Positions 9,071-19,615 are shown, counted from the first letter of the whole stretch. The stretch is 63,727 bases of DNA, filler included, from Anaerolineae bacterium (GCA_041082215.1; 8 parts of 8 records of this genome joined end to end with filler, not necessarily neighbours in it), one strand, 5' to 3'. Notes: generated by a model not told the origin, from the sequence alone. Numbers and translations are program-made.

Positions 9071-10188
9071 CCCTGATCTTCTTTCGCGACGGGCAGCCGG
9101 ATGGTAAAGGTGCTCCCGTTCCCGAGCTGGCTCTCCACCCGGATCTCTCCCCCGTGCATCTGGATCAGCTCCTGCGCGATGGCCAGCCCCAGACCAACCC
9201 CCTGCTGCTCCATCCGCTCCCGCTCGATCTGGCGGAACCGCTCGAAGAGGTGGGGGACCTCGTCGGCCGGAATGCCCACCCCCCGGTCGGAGACGGAGAT
9301 CTCCACCACCCCCTCCACCGCCCGGGCACGGACGGTCACTCGCTTTTCCTCCCGCAGGGAGAACTTGATGCCGTTATCCACCAGCCGTCCCAGGGCATCA
9401 ACGAAGAAAGGCTCACACAACCGGACCGGAGGGAGGTCCGGTTCGATCTCCCGCTCCAGCGTCACCCCCCGCGCCGCTGCCAGGTTTTCATACTGCTGAA
9501 CCGTCCGCTCCACAACGACATCCAGGTCCTCCCGCACGCCGACCAGCATACGGAACTCCTCCGCCGCCCGGCCGGTATCCAGCCGGACCAGGAACAGGAG
9601 GTCCTCCACCAGCCGGGTCAGCCGGTCCGCCCCCCGCTTGATCCCCATCAGGAACTCCTGGAGGGCGTCCGGAGAAAGGGAGGGCACCTCATCCAGCGCC
9701 AGCTCGGTGTAACCGCGGATGTAGGTGAGGGGGGTGCGCAGCTCGTGGCTCAGGACGGTGACGATCTGCCGCTTCAGCTCGTCGAACTCCTCCTCCGCCG
9801 CCCTGCGGATGGCCTGGGCCCGCTGAAGCCGGGCGCGGACCGCCACCACCAGTTCCTGGGGGTCGAAGGGCTTGGTCAGATAGTCCTCCACCCCCAGTTG
9901 TTTCCCCTTCAGCACGTCCGCCCGCTCTGTCCTGGCGGTGAGGAAGATGAAGGGGATCGGCACCCACTCCGGGCGCTTGCGGACCTCCTCGTAGAAGGCG
10001 TACCCGTCCATCCGGGGCATCATGATGTCGGCCACGATGAGATCGGGGCGGGCCTGCTCCATCATTTCCAGCCCTTCGACCCCATCGGCGGCGGTGAAGA
10101 CGGTGTACCCTTCCGCTTCCAGCACCTGCCGGATGGCGGCCAGAAGGGGTGGATGGTCCTCCACAACGAGGATGCGCTGTCCCTCCAT
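9067..10188 (-). CDS. Hybrid REC-histidine kinase
   Basis: N-terminal REC, H-box SHELRTPL, N-box LVDNGIKF, and G-boxes DRGVG and GLGL. Confidence 0.93.
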   Translation of the reverse strand: MEGQRILVVEDHPPLLAAIRQVLEAEGYTVFTAADGVEGLEMMEQARPDLIVADIMMPRMDGYAFYEEVRKRPEWVPIPFIFLTARTERADVLKGKQLGVEDYLTKPFDPQELVVAVRARLQRAQAIRRAAEEEFDELKRQIVTVLSHELRTPLTYIRGYTELALDEVPSLSPDALQEFLMGIKRGADRLTRLVEDLLFLVRLDTGRAAEEFRMLVGVREDLDVVVERTVQQYENLAAARGVTLEREIEPDLPPVRLCEPFFVDALGRLVDNGIKFSLREEKRVTVRARAVEGVVEISVSDRGVGIPADEVPHLFERFRQIERERMEQQGVGLGLAIAQELIQMHGGEIRVESQLGNGSTFTIRLPVAKEDQG

Positions 10189-10291
10189 ATATGCCCTTCC
10201 TCCGTCGTCAGGAGCCACGCGCCTGCACCACTATCTGCCTCGGCTCTCACCCCACTCCCTGGCCCCCTTCCGGTAGGGGTGAGGGTTGCCC

Positions 10292-10809
10292 CTACTCCCC
10301 GCCCAGCGGCAGCCAGACGGTGAAGGTGGAGCCTTTCCCCACCGCGCTCTCCACTGTCACCCGACCGCCGTGCAGCTCGACGATCTCCTTCACAATCGCC
10401 AGCCCCAAACCGGTGCCGGAAATCTGCATCCGCCGCGGCTCCACGCCACGGAAAAAACGATCGAAGATATGGGGCAGCTCCTCCTGTGGAATCCCGATCC
10501 CCGTGTCGGAAACACGGACCGTCGCCCACAGCCGCCCCTCCGCCTCCTCCCGCCCCGTCGCCACCTCCACCCGACCCCCGGCAGGGGTGTAGAGGAGAGC
10601 GTTCTTGAATAACCGTTCCCACACCTGCCGCATGTACCAGCGATCCACCACCACCATCGGCCCCGGCTCGGCCGGCAGGTGGACCAGCTCCAGCCCTTTC
10701 TCCTCCGCCAGCGCCTGGTGGCTCTCCACCGCCGCCTGCGTCAACTCGTTCAGCGATGTCGGCTCCGGGCTGAGTTCCAGCCGCCCGGCATCCATACGGG
10801 AAATCTGGA
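10292..10809 (-). CDS. Histidine kinase C-terminal HATPase fragment (5' part beyond the contig break)
   Basis: Motifs VSDTGIGI, IFDRFFR, GTGLGL and GSTF. Confidence 0.88.
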
Positions 10810-10909
10810 NNNNNNNNNNNNNNNNNNNNNNNNNNNNNNNNNNNNNNNNNNNNTTAATTAATTAANNNNNNNNNNNNNNNNNNNNNNNNNNNNNNNNNNN
10901 NNNNNNNNN
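10810..10909. other. Artificial contig linker (same at 33165-33264, 44736-44835, 56262-56361, 57857-57956, 60551-60650, 62179-62278)
   Basis: 100-bp N-run containing the six-frame stop TTAATTAATTAA. Confidence 0.98.
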
Positions 10910-11026
10910 GGGGGGGGGGGGGGTGCGGGCCACCCCCGCCGCGGGGGAGGGGAGGGGGTAGGGGGAGGGGTGAGGGCCGTCCCTTTAGCCCCCCCACCCG
11001 GCGGCTGCAGGCCCAAAAGCATCCTC

Positions 11027-11347
11027 CTAAGCCTCGGAAGCCTTCAGCGCGCGTCGTCGGAGCAGCAGGAACGCCACCCCTGCCACGGAGGCGACGGAGC
11101 CAAGCGCCGCTGCCCCGATGAGCAGGTTCCGTCGCAGGCGGCGGGCCGTCTCCCGTTGTCGGCGGGAGGCCTCCACCAGCTCCCGGCCCAGGCTGCGCAC
11201 AAACACCGCCGACGGCTCCACCGGCCTCATCGCCTGCTGGAGCCGCTCGCTCAGCTCCCGGAGGGAAGCTGAGGTGATTTCATCTTCCCCCCGCTGGAGA
11301 ACATCTCTAACGCAGGGGCTTCGAGTTCCGCTCTTCTCTCTATCCAT
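11027..11347 (-). CDS. Small protein with C-terminal TM helix, possible anti-sigma factor
   Basis: Overlaps the ECF sigma stop codon. Has a PSAVFVRSL motif and a C-terminal hydrophobic helix. Confidence 0.65.
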   Translation of the reverse strand: MDREKSGTRSPCVRDVLQRGEDEITSASLRELSERLQQAMRPVEPSAVFVRSLGRELVEASRRQRETARRLRRNLLIGAAALGSVASVAGVAFLLLRRRALKASEA

Positions 11348-11924
11348 CCTCCTGCCCCTTACCCCCCCTCTCCTCCCCGGCCAGTGCTGCCCGCAGGGCC
11401 ACCAGCGTGCGGTGATACAGGGACTTGATCGCTCCTTCGCTTCGCCCCATCACAGCGCCGATCTCCGCATTGGACAGCCCTTCGACAAACTTGAGGATCA
11501 GGAGCTCCTGTCGCTCCGGGGGGAGACAACGGACAGCCTGCAAAAGCAACTCCCGCTCTTCCTGTTCCTCCAGCGCTTCCAGCGGCCCGTGCTCCCGGCT
11601 GGCGCTACTTCCCAGGGCTTCCAGCGCCACGACGGGCCTCCGGCTCCGGTCCCGCAGCCAGTTAGCCACCACGTTATGGGCAATGCGATACAGCCAGGCC
11701 CCGAAGGGCAGGCCACGGTCCTGATAGCGGGGCAGGCTTTTCAGCGCCCGATAAAAGGTCCGTGCCGTCAGGTCCTCGGCATCCTCCTGATTGCCCGTTC
11801 GGTAGTACAGGTAGCGGTAAATCCGCCCCACATACCGCTCATAAAGGAGGCCGAAAGCCTCCGGGTCCTTTTTCGCCTGTGCGATCAGTTCGGCTTCATT
11901 CTCTTCGGCCACGCCGATCCCCAT
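11340..11924 (-). CDS. ECF sigma-70 factor
   Basis: Region 2 DAEDLTARTF...AWLYRIAHN and region 4 LS..EI...MG.SEGAIKS. Confidence 0.93.
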   Translation of the reverse strand: MGIGVAEENEAELIAQAKKDPEAFGLLYERYVGRIYRYLYYRTGNQEDAEDLTARTFYRALKSLPRYQDRGLPFGAWLYRIAHNVVANWLRDRSRRPVVALEALGSSASREHGPLEALEEQEERELLLQAVRCLPPERQELLILKFVEGLSNAEIGAVMGRSEGAIKSLYHRTLVALRAALAGEERGGKGQEDG

Positions 11925-11962
11925 CCGGTTAGCCGGCGTCCGATATATGACAACACCGGCCG

Positions 11963-13288
11963 CTACCCCTCGTTGCGAGCCCCCTTCTTTGCCCGCTCCA
12001 GCACAGCCCGCACCTCAGGCTGCTCAAGAAAATGGGAGCGGAGGTCGGAATCCTCCAGCGGGTCGGCCGTCTGCAGGATGAAATCGGAGGCGATACGGAA
12101 GTGCACCTGGGCCACCTCCGGGTTCTCGGTGGCGCGGCCAAGAGCGGCGTGGAGCTGCCACAGGAGAAAGCGGCTGGGCAGAGCGTGGGCCTCTGCCAGC
12201 GCCTGCTGGAGGACCTGATGGGCAGCCTCCCGCTCCCCGGTGGCGAGGTAAATCCTCCCTTCCAGGAACCTTGCCCGGGTCAGGTGCAATTCGCCCCTCA
12301 CAGCCGTCGCCTCAGCCGCCAGCTCGCTCACCAGAGCCTTCGCCCGCTCCACCTTTCCCTGGCGGAGGTAAGCCTCACCCAGGCTGTACAGGGCCTGCAG
12401 GGTCAGGTCCTTATCCCTGATCTCCCGCGCCCGCGAGAGAGCCTTTTCCAGACACATCATCGCCTCGCTGTACCGGCCCATCAGCAACAGGTCCACCCCG
12501 ATATTTCGGGTAACATCCACCTCAATACGCTCCGCCCCCACCCCCACCCCGAGGGTGATTGCTTCTTCGTGATACTGCAAAGCCCTTTCCAGGTTCCCCA
12601 GTTCCTGGTAGACCTCTCCCAGGTTGTTGAGCGCCGCGGCTGCCCGATGCTCGTCGCCGAGGGAGCGAAAGCATCTCAGCGACTCGCTGTAGGCCTCTAT
12701 CGCCCGATCCATCCGGCCACTGTAGGCGTAGGCGATGCCCAGGCTGAGGAGCACACGCCCTAACTCGTAGGCGTCGGGGGAACTCAACAGCATCTCACGG
12801 GCTTCCTGGAGCAGCTCGATCGCCCGTTCGACGCGGCCCTCCTTCCAGCAAAGGGTACCCAGTCCTAACAGGCTGCGCACACTGCAGAGCGAGCTGTTGC
12901 AGGCGCGGGCCTCGTCCAGCGCCATCAGGTAGGCTTCCTCGGCGGTCGAATAGTCCCCCGTGCCGCTGTAGCAATCTCCTATCCCAACCAGCGCTTCCGC
13001 CCGCTGAAGGGGGTCGCTGGACCCGGCCCGCACGGCCTGGAAATCGGTCAGAGCGGTGTAGTCGCCGGCCAGAACCCGTGCCCGTCCCCGTTCCAGCAGC
13101 AGGCTGAAACGAAGCAACGGATGGTTGGACCCTTCGCCCAGCAAGGCAAGCGCCTCGGTTGTGAGCGCTGCTGCCTGCTGATAGCGCCCGCTGGTGATCG
13201 CCTCGCGGGCACTCTGGAGTCGGTGGAGAACTTCTGCCGCCAGCGACGGCTTTCCGGTGGATCGGCCTGAGGAATGTTCCTTCTTCAT
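11963..13288 (-). CDS. Tetratricopeptide repeat protein
   Basis: Repeated LG..Y...G....A helical units, e.g. AAALNNLGEVY. Confidence 0.88.
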   Translation of the reverse strand: MKKEHSSGRSTGKPSLAAEVLHRLQSAREAITSGRYQQAAALTTEALALLGEGSNHPLLRFSLLLERGRARVLAGDYTALTDFQAVRAGSSDPLQRAEALVGIGDCYSGTGDYSTAEEAYLMALDEARACNSSLCSVRSLLGLGTLCWKEGRVERAIELLQEAREMLLSSPDAYELGRVLLSLGIAYAYSGRMDRAIEAYSESLRCFRSLGDEHRAAAALNNLGEVYQELGNLERALQYHEEAITLGVGVGAERIEVDVTRNIGVDLLLMGRYSEAMMCLEKALSRAREIRDKDLTLQALYSLGEAYLRQGKVERAKALVSELAAEATAVRGELHLTRARFLEGRIYLATGEREAAHQVLQQALAEAHALPSRFLLWQLHAALGRATENPEVAQVHFRIASDFILQTADPLEDSDLRSHFLEQPEVRAVLERAKKGARNEG

Positions 13289-13312
13289 ACTCCTACCCTT
13301 ATCACAGGTTTG

Positions 13313-13340
13313 ATTATAGTTGTTTTGGATTACTCGTCAA
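13313..13340 (-). promoter_or_regulatory. Putative sigma70 promoter TTGACG-N16-TATAAT for the TPR-ECF operon
   Basis: Near-consensus hexamers upstream of 13288. Confidence 0.6.
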
Positions 13341-13427
13341 TTCGGCTATTGCCTTGTCAATATCTTCCTTCTGTGTTACACTCACCCTTTGCATTAACCC
13401 TGTTGGCCTGAAGTCAAGGAGAAGCTT

Positions 13428-14168
13428 ATGCCCAGGTGGAGGCTCTTCTTTGCAGCGTTGATCCTTGGGGCGGGGTTGGCCTTTCCTATGGCAGCAATGC
13501 TCGCTGCTCCCCCCCAGCAGGAAGATCAGTACGTCATCCTCTATCCCCAGGAGGGTGCGACGGTAAGCGGTGTGGTGGAGATCGTGGGCACCGTCGTCCA
13601 CCCCAACTTCGTCTCCTACGGAGTCCTCTACGCCCCCGGCCCTGCGCCGACCGCCGACTCCCAGTGGGTGGAAATCGTCTTCGGCGTGCAGCAACCGGTG
13701 GTCAACGGCGTGCTGGCGACCTGGGATACCACCGCCCTGCCCAACGGGGTCTATACCCTGGCTCTGGCCCGCTACCGCCAGGGGATAGACACACCGGACG
13801 TCGCTTTCGTCCGCAACATCACCGTCTATAACCCCGTCGAGGAGGCCACCCCTACCCCGACGGAAACGCCCCTGCCCACCGCCATCCCCTTCACCCCGAC
13901 CTCGGTCCCGGTGGAACAGCCGCCCACTGCCACCCCCTACCCCTCTCCGACAAGCCGCCCTGAGGAAACGCCGACCCCCTTCTCACCAGCGGCAGAGGAA
14001 GAAGGAGGAGGCTTTACGTTGGACGTTAGCCGGCTGCGCGCCGCTTTCCTGGACGGCGTGAAGATCGCGCTCCTGCTCTTCGGCCTCTGGGGGCTGTACG
14101 TCTTTTCCAAAGCTGCAGTTCGCTATTACCTGCGGACCCGCCGCTTCGGGCCGCCTGGCAAGAGATAA
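13428..14168 (+). CDS. Secreted/membrane-anchored protein (signal peptide, Ig-like domain, P/T-rich linker, C-terminal TM)
   Basis: N-terminal hydrophobic stretch, WDTT.LPNG.YTL motif, PT repeats, C-terminal TM helix. Confidence 0.8.
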   Translation: MPRWRLFFAALILGAGLAFPMAAMLAAPPQQEDQYVILYPQEGATVSGVVEIVGTVVHPNFVSYGVLYAPGPAPTADSQWVEIVFGVQQPVVNGVLATWDTTALPNGVYTLALARYRQGIDTPDVAFVRNITVYNPVEEATPTPTETPLPTAIPFTPTSVPVEQPPTATPYPSPTSRPEETPTPFSPAAEEEGGGFTLDVSRLRAAFLDGVKIALLLFGLWGLYVFSKAAVRYYLRTRRFGPPGKR

Positions 14169-14185
14169 CCCCCGTCGGGAAAAGG

Positions 14186-14773
14186 ATGTCCACCTCCGAT
14201 CTCTATCTCGTCGTCGGCCTGGGCAACCCCGGCGAACGGTACGCCCGTAACCGGCACAACGTGGGCTTCCGCTGTGTGCGGCGGCTGGCGGCGGCCCACG
14301 GGCTGACCTTCCGCCGCCACGGACAGGCACGCACCGCCTCCGGCACCGTCGCCGGCCGTCGGCTGGTGCTGGCGATGCCCCAGACCTTTATGAACGAAAG
14401 CGGACGGGCGGTCGCCCCCCTCGTCCGGTTCCATAAGCTGCCGCTGGACCACCTCCTGGTGGTCTACGACGACCTGGACCTGCCGCCAGGTTCGATCCGA
14501 CTCCGGCCCGGAGGGGGCAGCGGCGGGCACAGGGGAATGCTCTCCATCATCCAGCACCTGGGCTCCCAGGACTTCCCTCGCCTGCGGATCGGGATCGGCC
14601 GCCCGCCGGAGGGGATAGACCCCGCCGACTACGTGCTGCAGAACTTCTCCGCCGGGGAAGAAGCGACGATCGAAGAGGGGCTGGAACGGGCCGTCGCCGC
14701 CATCGAATTCTGGTTGACGGAGGGGATCGAAGAGGCGATGTCCCGGTACAACTGGAAGCCCCCCGAAGGTTAG
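14186..14773 (+). CDS. pth: Peptidyl-tRNA hydrolase
   Basis: Motifs VGLGNPG, RHNVGF, FMNESG, DDLDLP and RLRIGIGRP. Confidence 0.97.
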   Translation: MSTSDLYLVVGLGNPGERYARNRHNVGFRCVRRLAAAHGLTFRRHGQARTASGTVAGRRLVLAMPQTFMNESGRAVAPLVRFHKLPLDHLLVVYDDLDLPPGSIRLRPGGGSGGHRGMLSIIQHLGSQDFPRLRIGIGRPPEGIDPADYVLQNFSAGEEATIEEGLERAVAAIEFWLTEGIEEAMSRYNWKPPEG

Positions 14774-14792
14774 ATGGGAGGCAGCTTTCAGA

Positions 14793-17700
14793 ATGAACGT
14801 CTCCGGGCTGCTGGACTGGGTGAGGGCCCTTCCCGCCTACCGGGTGCTGCGGGAAGAGCTGGAGAGCGGCAACAGTGGGGGGGCTTTGGGACTCCTCCGG
14901 GCCGCCCGCCCCACCCTGCTGGCCGCCCTGGCCTGTGACCTGAGCCGCCCAATCCTGGCAGTGGCGGGAAGTGTGGAGCGGGCCCGCACACTTCACCAAT
15001 CCCTCCGCCACTGGCATCCCCACCCGGACCGGGTCCTCCGCTTCCCCGAACCCCCCACCCTTTTCTACGAGCGGGCCCCGTGGCCCCGAGAGGCGATCAC
15101 GTCGCGGGTGACCGTCCTCGTTCGGCTTGCTGCCTCGGAGGAGGGGCTGGTCGTCGTCGCATCGGCCCGTGCGCTGATGCAGCCCACCCTGCCGGTGCAG
15201 CAGTTCCGGCTGGGAACTCGAACCCTCCGCGTGGGGCAAACCCTGGAACTGGAAGAGACGGTCCGCCGCTGGGTCGGCCTGGGATACGAGCCGGTGAGCG
15301 TGGTGGAAGAGCCTGGCCAGTTCAGCCACCGCGGCGGTATTCTGGATATTTACCCCCCTGCCGAACCGCTGCCGGTGCGGATCGAGCTGTTCGGCGACCG
15401 GATCGAGTCCATCCGGTGCTTCGACCCCGCCACTCAACGTTCCCAGGCCTATCTGGAGAGGATCACCATCACCCCTGCCCGGGAGTCCCTCCCCCGACAC
15501 GGCCCCCGCGTGGCGGAGAGGCTCTCCGGCTGGTTTGAGAGCGGACATCCGCCCGAAGTGGCCGAGGAGCTGGAGACCCATCGGGAAGCCCTCCTCGCTG
15601 GCGCCCCCTTCCCCGGCCTGGAGTTCTACTTCCCCTACCTCTACACCCACCCCGCCAGCCTGCTCGACCATCTCCCCTCCCGCGCCCTCCCCGCAGTGGA
15701 CGATCCGGCGGAGCTGGCCGACGCCTGGGCCGGGCTGGAGGAAGAGGCCGTGGAGCTACGGAAGACGGCGGAGCGGGAAGGAGGCATCCCTCCCGACTAT
15801 CCCCTCCCTTACCTGACCTGGGACGACTGGCAGGAGCGGCTGACCGATCGGCCGCTGCTCATACTGGGTCACAGCGAGGAGGAACCGGAGGGGGAACTGG
15901 CCGCTCACTTCCGGCCCGGTCCCCGTTACGGCGGCCAGTTGGGGGAGCTGCTGGAGGAGGTAGAACGGGCGCTGCTGAGGGACGAACAGGTTGTGGTCGC
16001 CAGCCGCCAGGCAAGGAGGCTCTCGGAGCTGTGGGCAGACCGGCACGAGCGGGTGCTGCCGGTGGAGGAACTGCCAGCCCCCCCCCGCGTCAACCCTGCC
16101 TTTGTCCAGGGGCCGCTGGAGGAGGGGTGGGTCCTGCATGGCCCGCCCGGGGTAGGCTCGCTCTGGCTGCTGACCGACGCCGAAATTTTCGGCTGGCGGA
16201 TGCCGGAACCCCGCCGCCCCACCCGCCGCCGCCGCGCCGCCCCCGAATCCCTCTACGCCGACCTGACCCCCGGCGATGTGGTCGTCCACGTGGACTACGG
16301 CATCGGCATCTTCCGCGGACTGGTCACCTACACCCTGGAGGGGGAAGAACGGGAATACCTGCTGGTGGAGTATGCCGGGCAGGACCGGCTGTACGTGCCG
16401 GTCTATCAGGCAGACCGGCTCTCCCGATATGTGGGGACGGACGACCGGCCGCCCCCCCTCAGCCGGCTCGGCACAGCCGAGTGGTCGCAGGTCAAGGCCC
16501 ACGCCCGCCGCGCCGTCGAACAGGTGGCGAAGGAACTCCTTGACCTGTACGCCGCACGGGAGGTCGCTCCTGGCCACCCCTTCAGCCCCGACACCCCCTG
16601 GCAGGCGGAACTGGAAGCCTCTTTCCCCTATGTCGAGACCCCCGACCAGGCCAGGGCCATCGCCGAAGTCAAAGCGGATATGGAGCGTCCCCGGCCGATG
16701 GACCGGCTGGTCTGCGGTGATGTCGGCTACGGGAAAACGGAGGTGGCCCTGCGTGCAGCTTTCAAGGCAGTGATGGACGGCAAACAGGTCGCCCTCCTGG
16801 TCCCCACAACGGTCCTGGCCCAGCAGCACCACACCACCTTCCGCCACCGGCTGGCCCCTTTCCCGGTCAACGTGGAGATGCTCTCCCGTTTCCGCACCGA
16901 GGCCGAGCAGGCCCGCATCCTGAAGGGGTTGCGGGAGGGAACGGTGGACATCGTCATCGGCACCCACCGGCTCCTGCAGAAGGATGTGGCCTTCAAGGAC
17001 CTGGGGCTGGTGGTCATAGACGAGGAGCAGCGGTTCGGGGTGACCCACAAGGAGCGGCTGAAGAAGATGCGGACGGAGGTGGACGTGCTGACAATGACCG
17101 CCACCCCTATCCCCCGCACCCTCTACCTCTCCCTCACCGGCGTCCGCGACATCAGCGTCATCGAGACGCCGCCGGAGGAGCGGTTGCCCGTCGCCACCTA
17201 TGTGGGCCCTTACGACCCCCAGGTGGTGCGCCGGGCGGTCCTGCGGGAGCTGGAGCGGTCCGGACAGGTCTTCTACGTCCATAACCGGGTGCAGACCATC
17301 GGGACGGTTCGGCGGAGGCTGGAGCGGCTGGTGCCGGAGGCCCGTATTGGGGTCGCCCATGGGCAGATGCGGGAGCGGGAGCTGGAGCGGGTGATGCTCC
17401 GGTTCGTCGGCGGCGAGCTGGATGTGCTGCTGTGCACCAGCATCATCGAAAGCGGGCTGGACATACCCAACGCCAACACGCTCATCGTGGAGCAGGCCGA
17501 GCGGTTCGGGCTGGCCCAGCTCTACCAGTTGCGGGGCCGGGTGGGACGGGGGGCCCGTCGGGCCTACGCCTATCTCCTGCACAGCCCCGGCCCCCTCACC
17601 ACCGAGGCCCGCCAGCGGCTGGAGACGATCCGCGAGGCCAGCGAGCTGGGGGTCGGTTACTCCATCGCCATGCGGGACCTGGAGCTGCGGGGAGCAGGGG

Positions 17701-18308
17701 AGATCCTGGGCACCCGCCAGTCCGGCCACATCGCTGCCATCGGCTTCGACCTGTACACACGGCTCCTGGCCCGGGCGGTGGAGGAATTGCGGGCCCGTCA
17801 GGAGGGCCGTCCGCCGCCGCCGGAACCCCTGAGCGCCATCCGGCTGGACCTACCGCTTGCCTTCGGCCTGCCGCCCGAGTATGTGCCCGATACAAACCTC
17901 CGGCTGCGGCTGTATCGGCGGCTGGCCAACATCGGGAATGAGGAACAGGTCCAGGAGATAGAGAAAGAGCTGAAAGACCGGTTCGGCCCTTTGCCCGAGC
18001 CAGCCCGCAACCTGATGCTTCAGCTCCGGTTCAAGATGCTGGCCCGCGAGGCGGGGGTGCGGAGCATCGTGGTGGAAAACGGCCAGTTGGTGTTACGAGC
18101 CGACTGGCTGGAGCAGATGGATCGGGCACAGCTCAAGGAACGGCTCGGCGGCTTGGCCTATGCAGGACAGCGGGAAGTGCGGCTGCCGGTGGAAAAAGGC
18201 TGGCCGGCGCGGCTGCGAAAGGTGCTGGAAGAAATGGCCCGGCTGCTGGCCGGGTCCCCAGGGGGGCAAGCTGAAGCTCGCCCTATCAACCATCCAGGAG
18301 GTCTCTGA
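14793..18308 (+). CDS. mfd: Transcription-repair coupling factor
   Basis: UvrB-homology region, CarD/RID domain (VVHVDYGIG), GDVGYGKT, DEEQRFGV, QLRGRVGR and TRCF C-terminus. Confidence 0.97.
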   Translation: MNVSGLLDWVRALPAYRVLREELESGNSGGALGLLRAARPTLLAALACDLSRPILAVAGSVERARTLHQSLRHWHPHPDRVLRFPEPPTLFYERAPWPREAITSRVTVLVRLAASEEGLVVVASARALMQPTLPVQQFRLGTRTLRVGQTLELEETVRRWVGLGYEPVSVVEEPGQFSHRGGILDIYPPAEPLPVRIELFGDRIESIRCFDPATQRSQAYLERITITPARESLPRHGPRVAERLSGWFESGHPPEVAEELETHREALLAGAPFPGLEFYFPYLYTHPASLLDHLPSRALPAVDDPAELADAWAGLEEEAVELRKTAEREGGIPPDYPLPYLTWDDWQERLTDRPLLILGHSEEEPEGELAAHFRPGPRYGGQLGELLEEVERALLRDEQVVVASRQARRLSELWADRHERVLPVEELPAPPRVNPAFVQGPLEEGWVLHGPPGVGSLWLLTDAEIFGWRMPEPRRPTRRRRAAPESLYADLTPGDVVVHVDYGIGIFRGLVTYTLEGEEREYLLVEYAGQDRLYVPVYQADRLSRYVGTDDRPPPLSRLGTAEWSQVKAHARRAVEQVAKELLDLYAAREVAPGHPFSPDTPWQAELEASFPYVETPDQARAIAEVKADMERPRPMDRLVCGDVGYGKTEVALRAAFKAVMDGKQVALLVPTTVLAQQHHTTFRHRLAPFPVNVEMLSRFRTEAEQARILKGLREGTVDIVIGTHRLLQKDVAFKDLGLVVIDEEQRFGVTHKERLKKMRTEVDVLTMTATPIPRTLYLSLTGVRDISVIETPPEERLPVATYVGPYDPQVVRRAVLRELERSGQVFYVHNRVQTIGTVRRRLERLVPEARIGVAHGQMRERELERVMLRFVGGELDVLLCTSIIESGLDIPNANTLIVEQAERFGLAQLYQLRGRVGRGARRAYAYLLHSPGPLTTEARQRLETIREASELGVGYSIAMRDLELRGAGEILGTRQSGHIAAIGFDLYTRLLARAVEELRARQEGRPPPPEPLSAIRLDLPLAFGLPPEYVPDTNLRLRLYRRLANIGNEEQVQEIEKELKDRFGPLPEPARNLMLQLRFKMLAREAGVRSIVVENGQLVLRADWLEQMDRAQLKERLGGLAYAGQREVRLPVEKGWPARLRKVLEEMARLLAGSPGGQAEARPINHPGGL

Positions 18309-19615
18309 TGAAGCTCGACTATAAGAAAGTCTTTCTGATCGGCTTCGGCTTCTTTTCCACCAGCGTGATGTGGGCGGTCTATAACACCTATGTCCCCATC
18401 TTCCTCCAGGCGGGCGACCCGGCCTTCGACAGAAAACTGGCCGTGCAGACCTTCGGCTTCGGCCTCAGCGCCACCCTCACCGGCTTTATCATGACACTGG
18501 ACAACATCGCTGCTTTCTTCATCCAGCCGATTATGGGGGCGGTAAGCGACCGCACCTACACCCGTATCGGCCGCCGCATGCCCTACATCCTCATCTTCGC
18601 CCCCATCGCTGTGCTGGCCTTCCTCATCATCCCCCTGGCCCCCCAGATGATCCCGCCAGAACTGAACGGACAGGTGGAGCAGCTCAAAGGCCCGTTCACG
18701 CTCTTCCTGATCTCCCTCGGCGTGATGCTGCTGGCGATGGCCGTATTCCGCACCCCGGTCATCGCCCTGATGCCGGACCTTGTCCCCTCCCCCCTCCGGT
18801 CGAAGGCGAACGGGGTGATCAACCTGATGGGCGGGCTGGGCGGCGTGCTGGCCTTCCTGATCGGCGGGATGCTCTACAAGCTCTACCGGCCGCTCCCCTT
18901 CTGGTTTGGCGGGCTGGCCACCCTGCTGGCCGTGGGCCTCCTGTTCTGGAAGGTCAAAGAACCCAGAGAACTGGTGGAATCGGCCGCCAGGCGGGAGGAA
19001 GGGCTGGGGGTCTTCCGGGGCCTGCGGGATATTCCCCCCGAAAACGTCCGCAGCCTGGTCCTGCTGATCCTGGCCATCTTCTTCTGGTTCGTGGGCTACA
19101 ACGCTATTGAGACCTTCTTCAGCTCCTACGGCGTGGCAACGCTGGGGGTGAGCGAATCCACGGCCAGCATGATCCTCAGCGTGGCCTACATCACCTTCAT
19201 CGCTTTCTCCATCCCCAGCGGCATTATCGCCACCCGGATCGGGCGGAAGCGCACCATCCTGATCGGCCTGGCAGCCTTCACGGTGCTTCTGGTCGTCGCT
19301 TTCTTCACCCCCATCGTACCGGTGGTGATCGGCCTCCTGGCCCTGGGCGGGCTGGCCTGGTCCCTGGTCAACATCAACAGCCTGCCGATGGTGGTGGACA
19401 TCTCCACCTCGGAAGAGGTGCTGGGGACCTACACGGGGCTCTACTACGTGGCGGGGACGCTGGCAGCGGTGGTGGGGCCGATCCTCAACGGCTGGGTGAT
19501 TGACCTGACGGGCCGTAACTACAATATGATCTTCCTGGTCACCCCCGCCTTCTTCGTGCTGGCGATACTGTGCATGCTGGGAGTGACGAAAGGGGAAGCG
19601 AAGGAACCTGCCTGA
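18308..19615 (+). CDS. MFS transporter (SLC45/maltose-sugar type)
   Basis: About 12 TM helices, SDRT.TR.GRRMPY and ALMPD..P...RSKANG. Confidence 0.88.
   Translation: MKLDYKKVFLIGFGFFSTSVMWAVYNTYVPIFLQAGDPAFDRKLAVQTFGFGLSATLTGFIMTLDNIAAFFIQPIMGAVSDRTYTRIGRRMPYILIFAPIAVLAFLIIPLAPQMIPPELNGQVEQLKGPFTLFLISLGVMLLAMAVFRTPVIALMPDLVPSPLRSKANGVINLMGGLGGVLAFLIGGMLYKLYRPLPFWFGGLATLLAVGLLFWKVKEPRELVESAARREEGLGVFRGLRDIPPENVRSLVLLILAIFFWFVGYNAIETFFSSYGVATLGVSESTASMILSVAYITFIAFSIPSGIIATRIGRKRTILIGLAAFTVLLVVAFFTPIVPVVIGLLALGGLAWSLVNINSLPMVVDISTSEEVLGTYTGLYYVAGTLAAVVGPILNGWVIDLTGRNYNMIFLVTPAFFVLAILCMLGVTKGEAKEPA

Noticed and set aside
7768..10809. Two-component gene cluster as a novel system
   Set aside because: Ordinary REC, NarL and hybrid kinase genes, which are abundant in Chloroflexota.
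10910..10975. Poly-G run as a phase-variable tract or G-quadruplex
   Set aside because: It sits at a contig edge inside a REP-like hairpin, and is probably a sequencing or assembly artefact.
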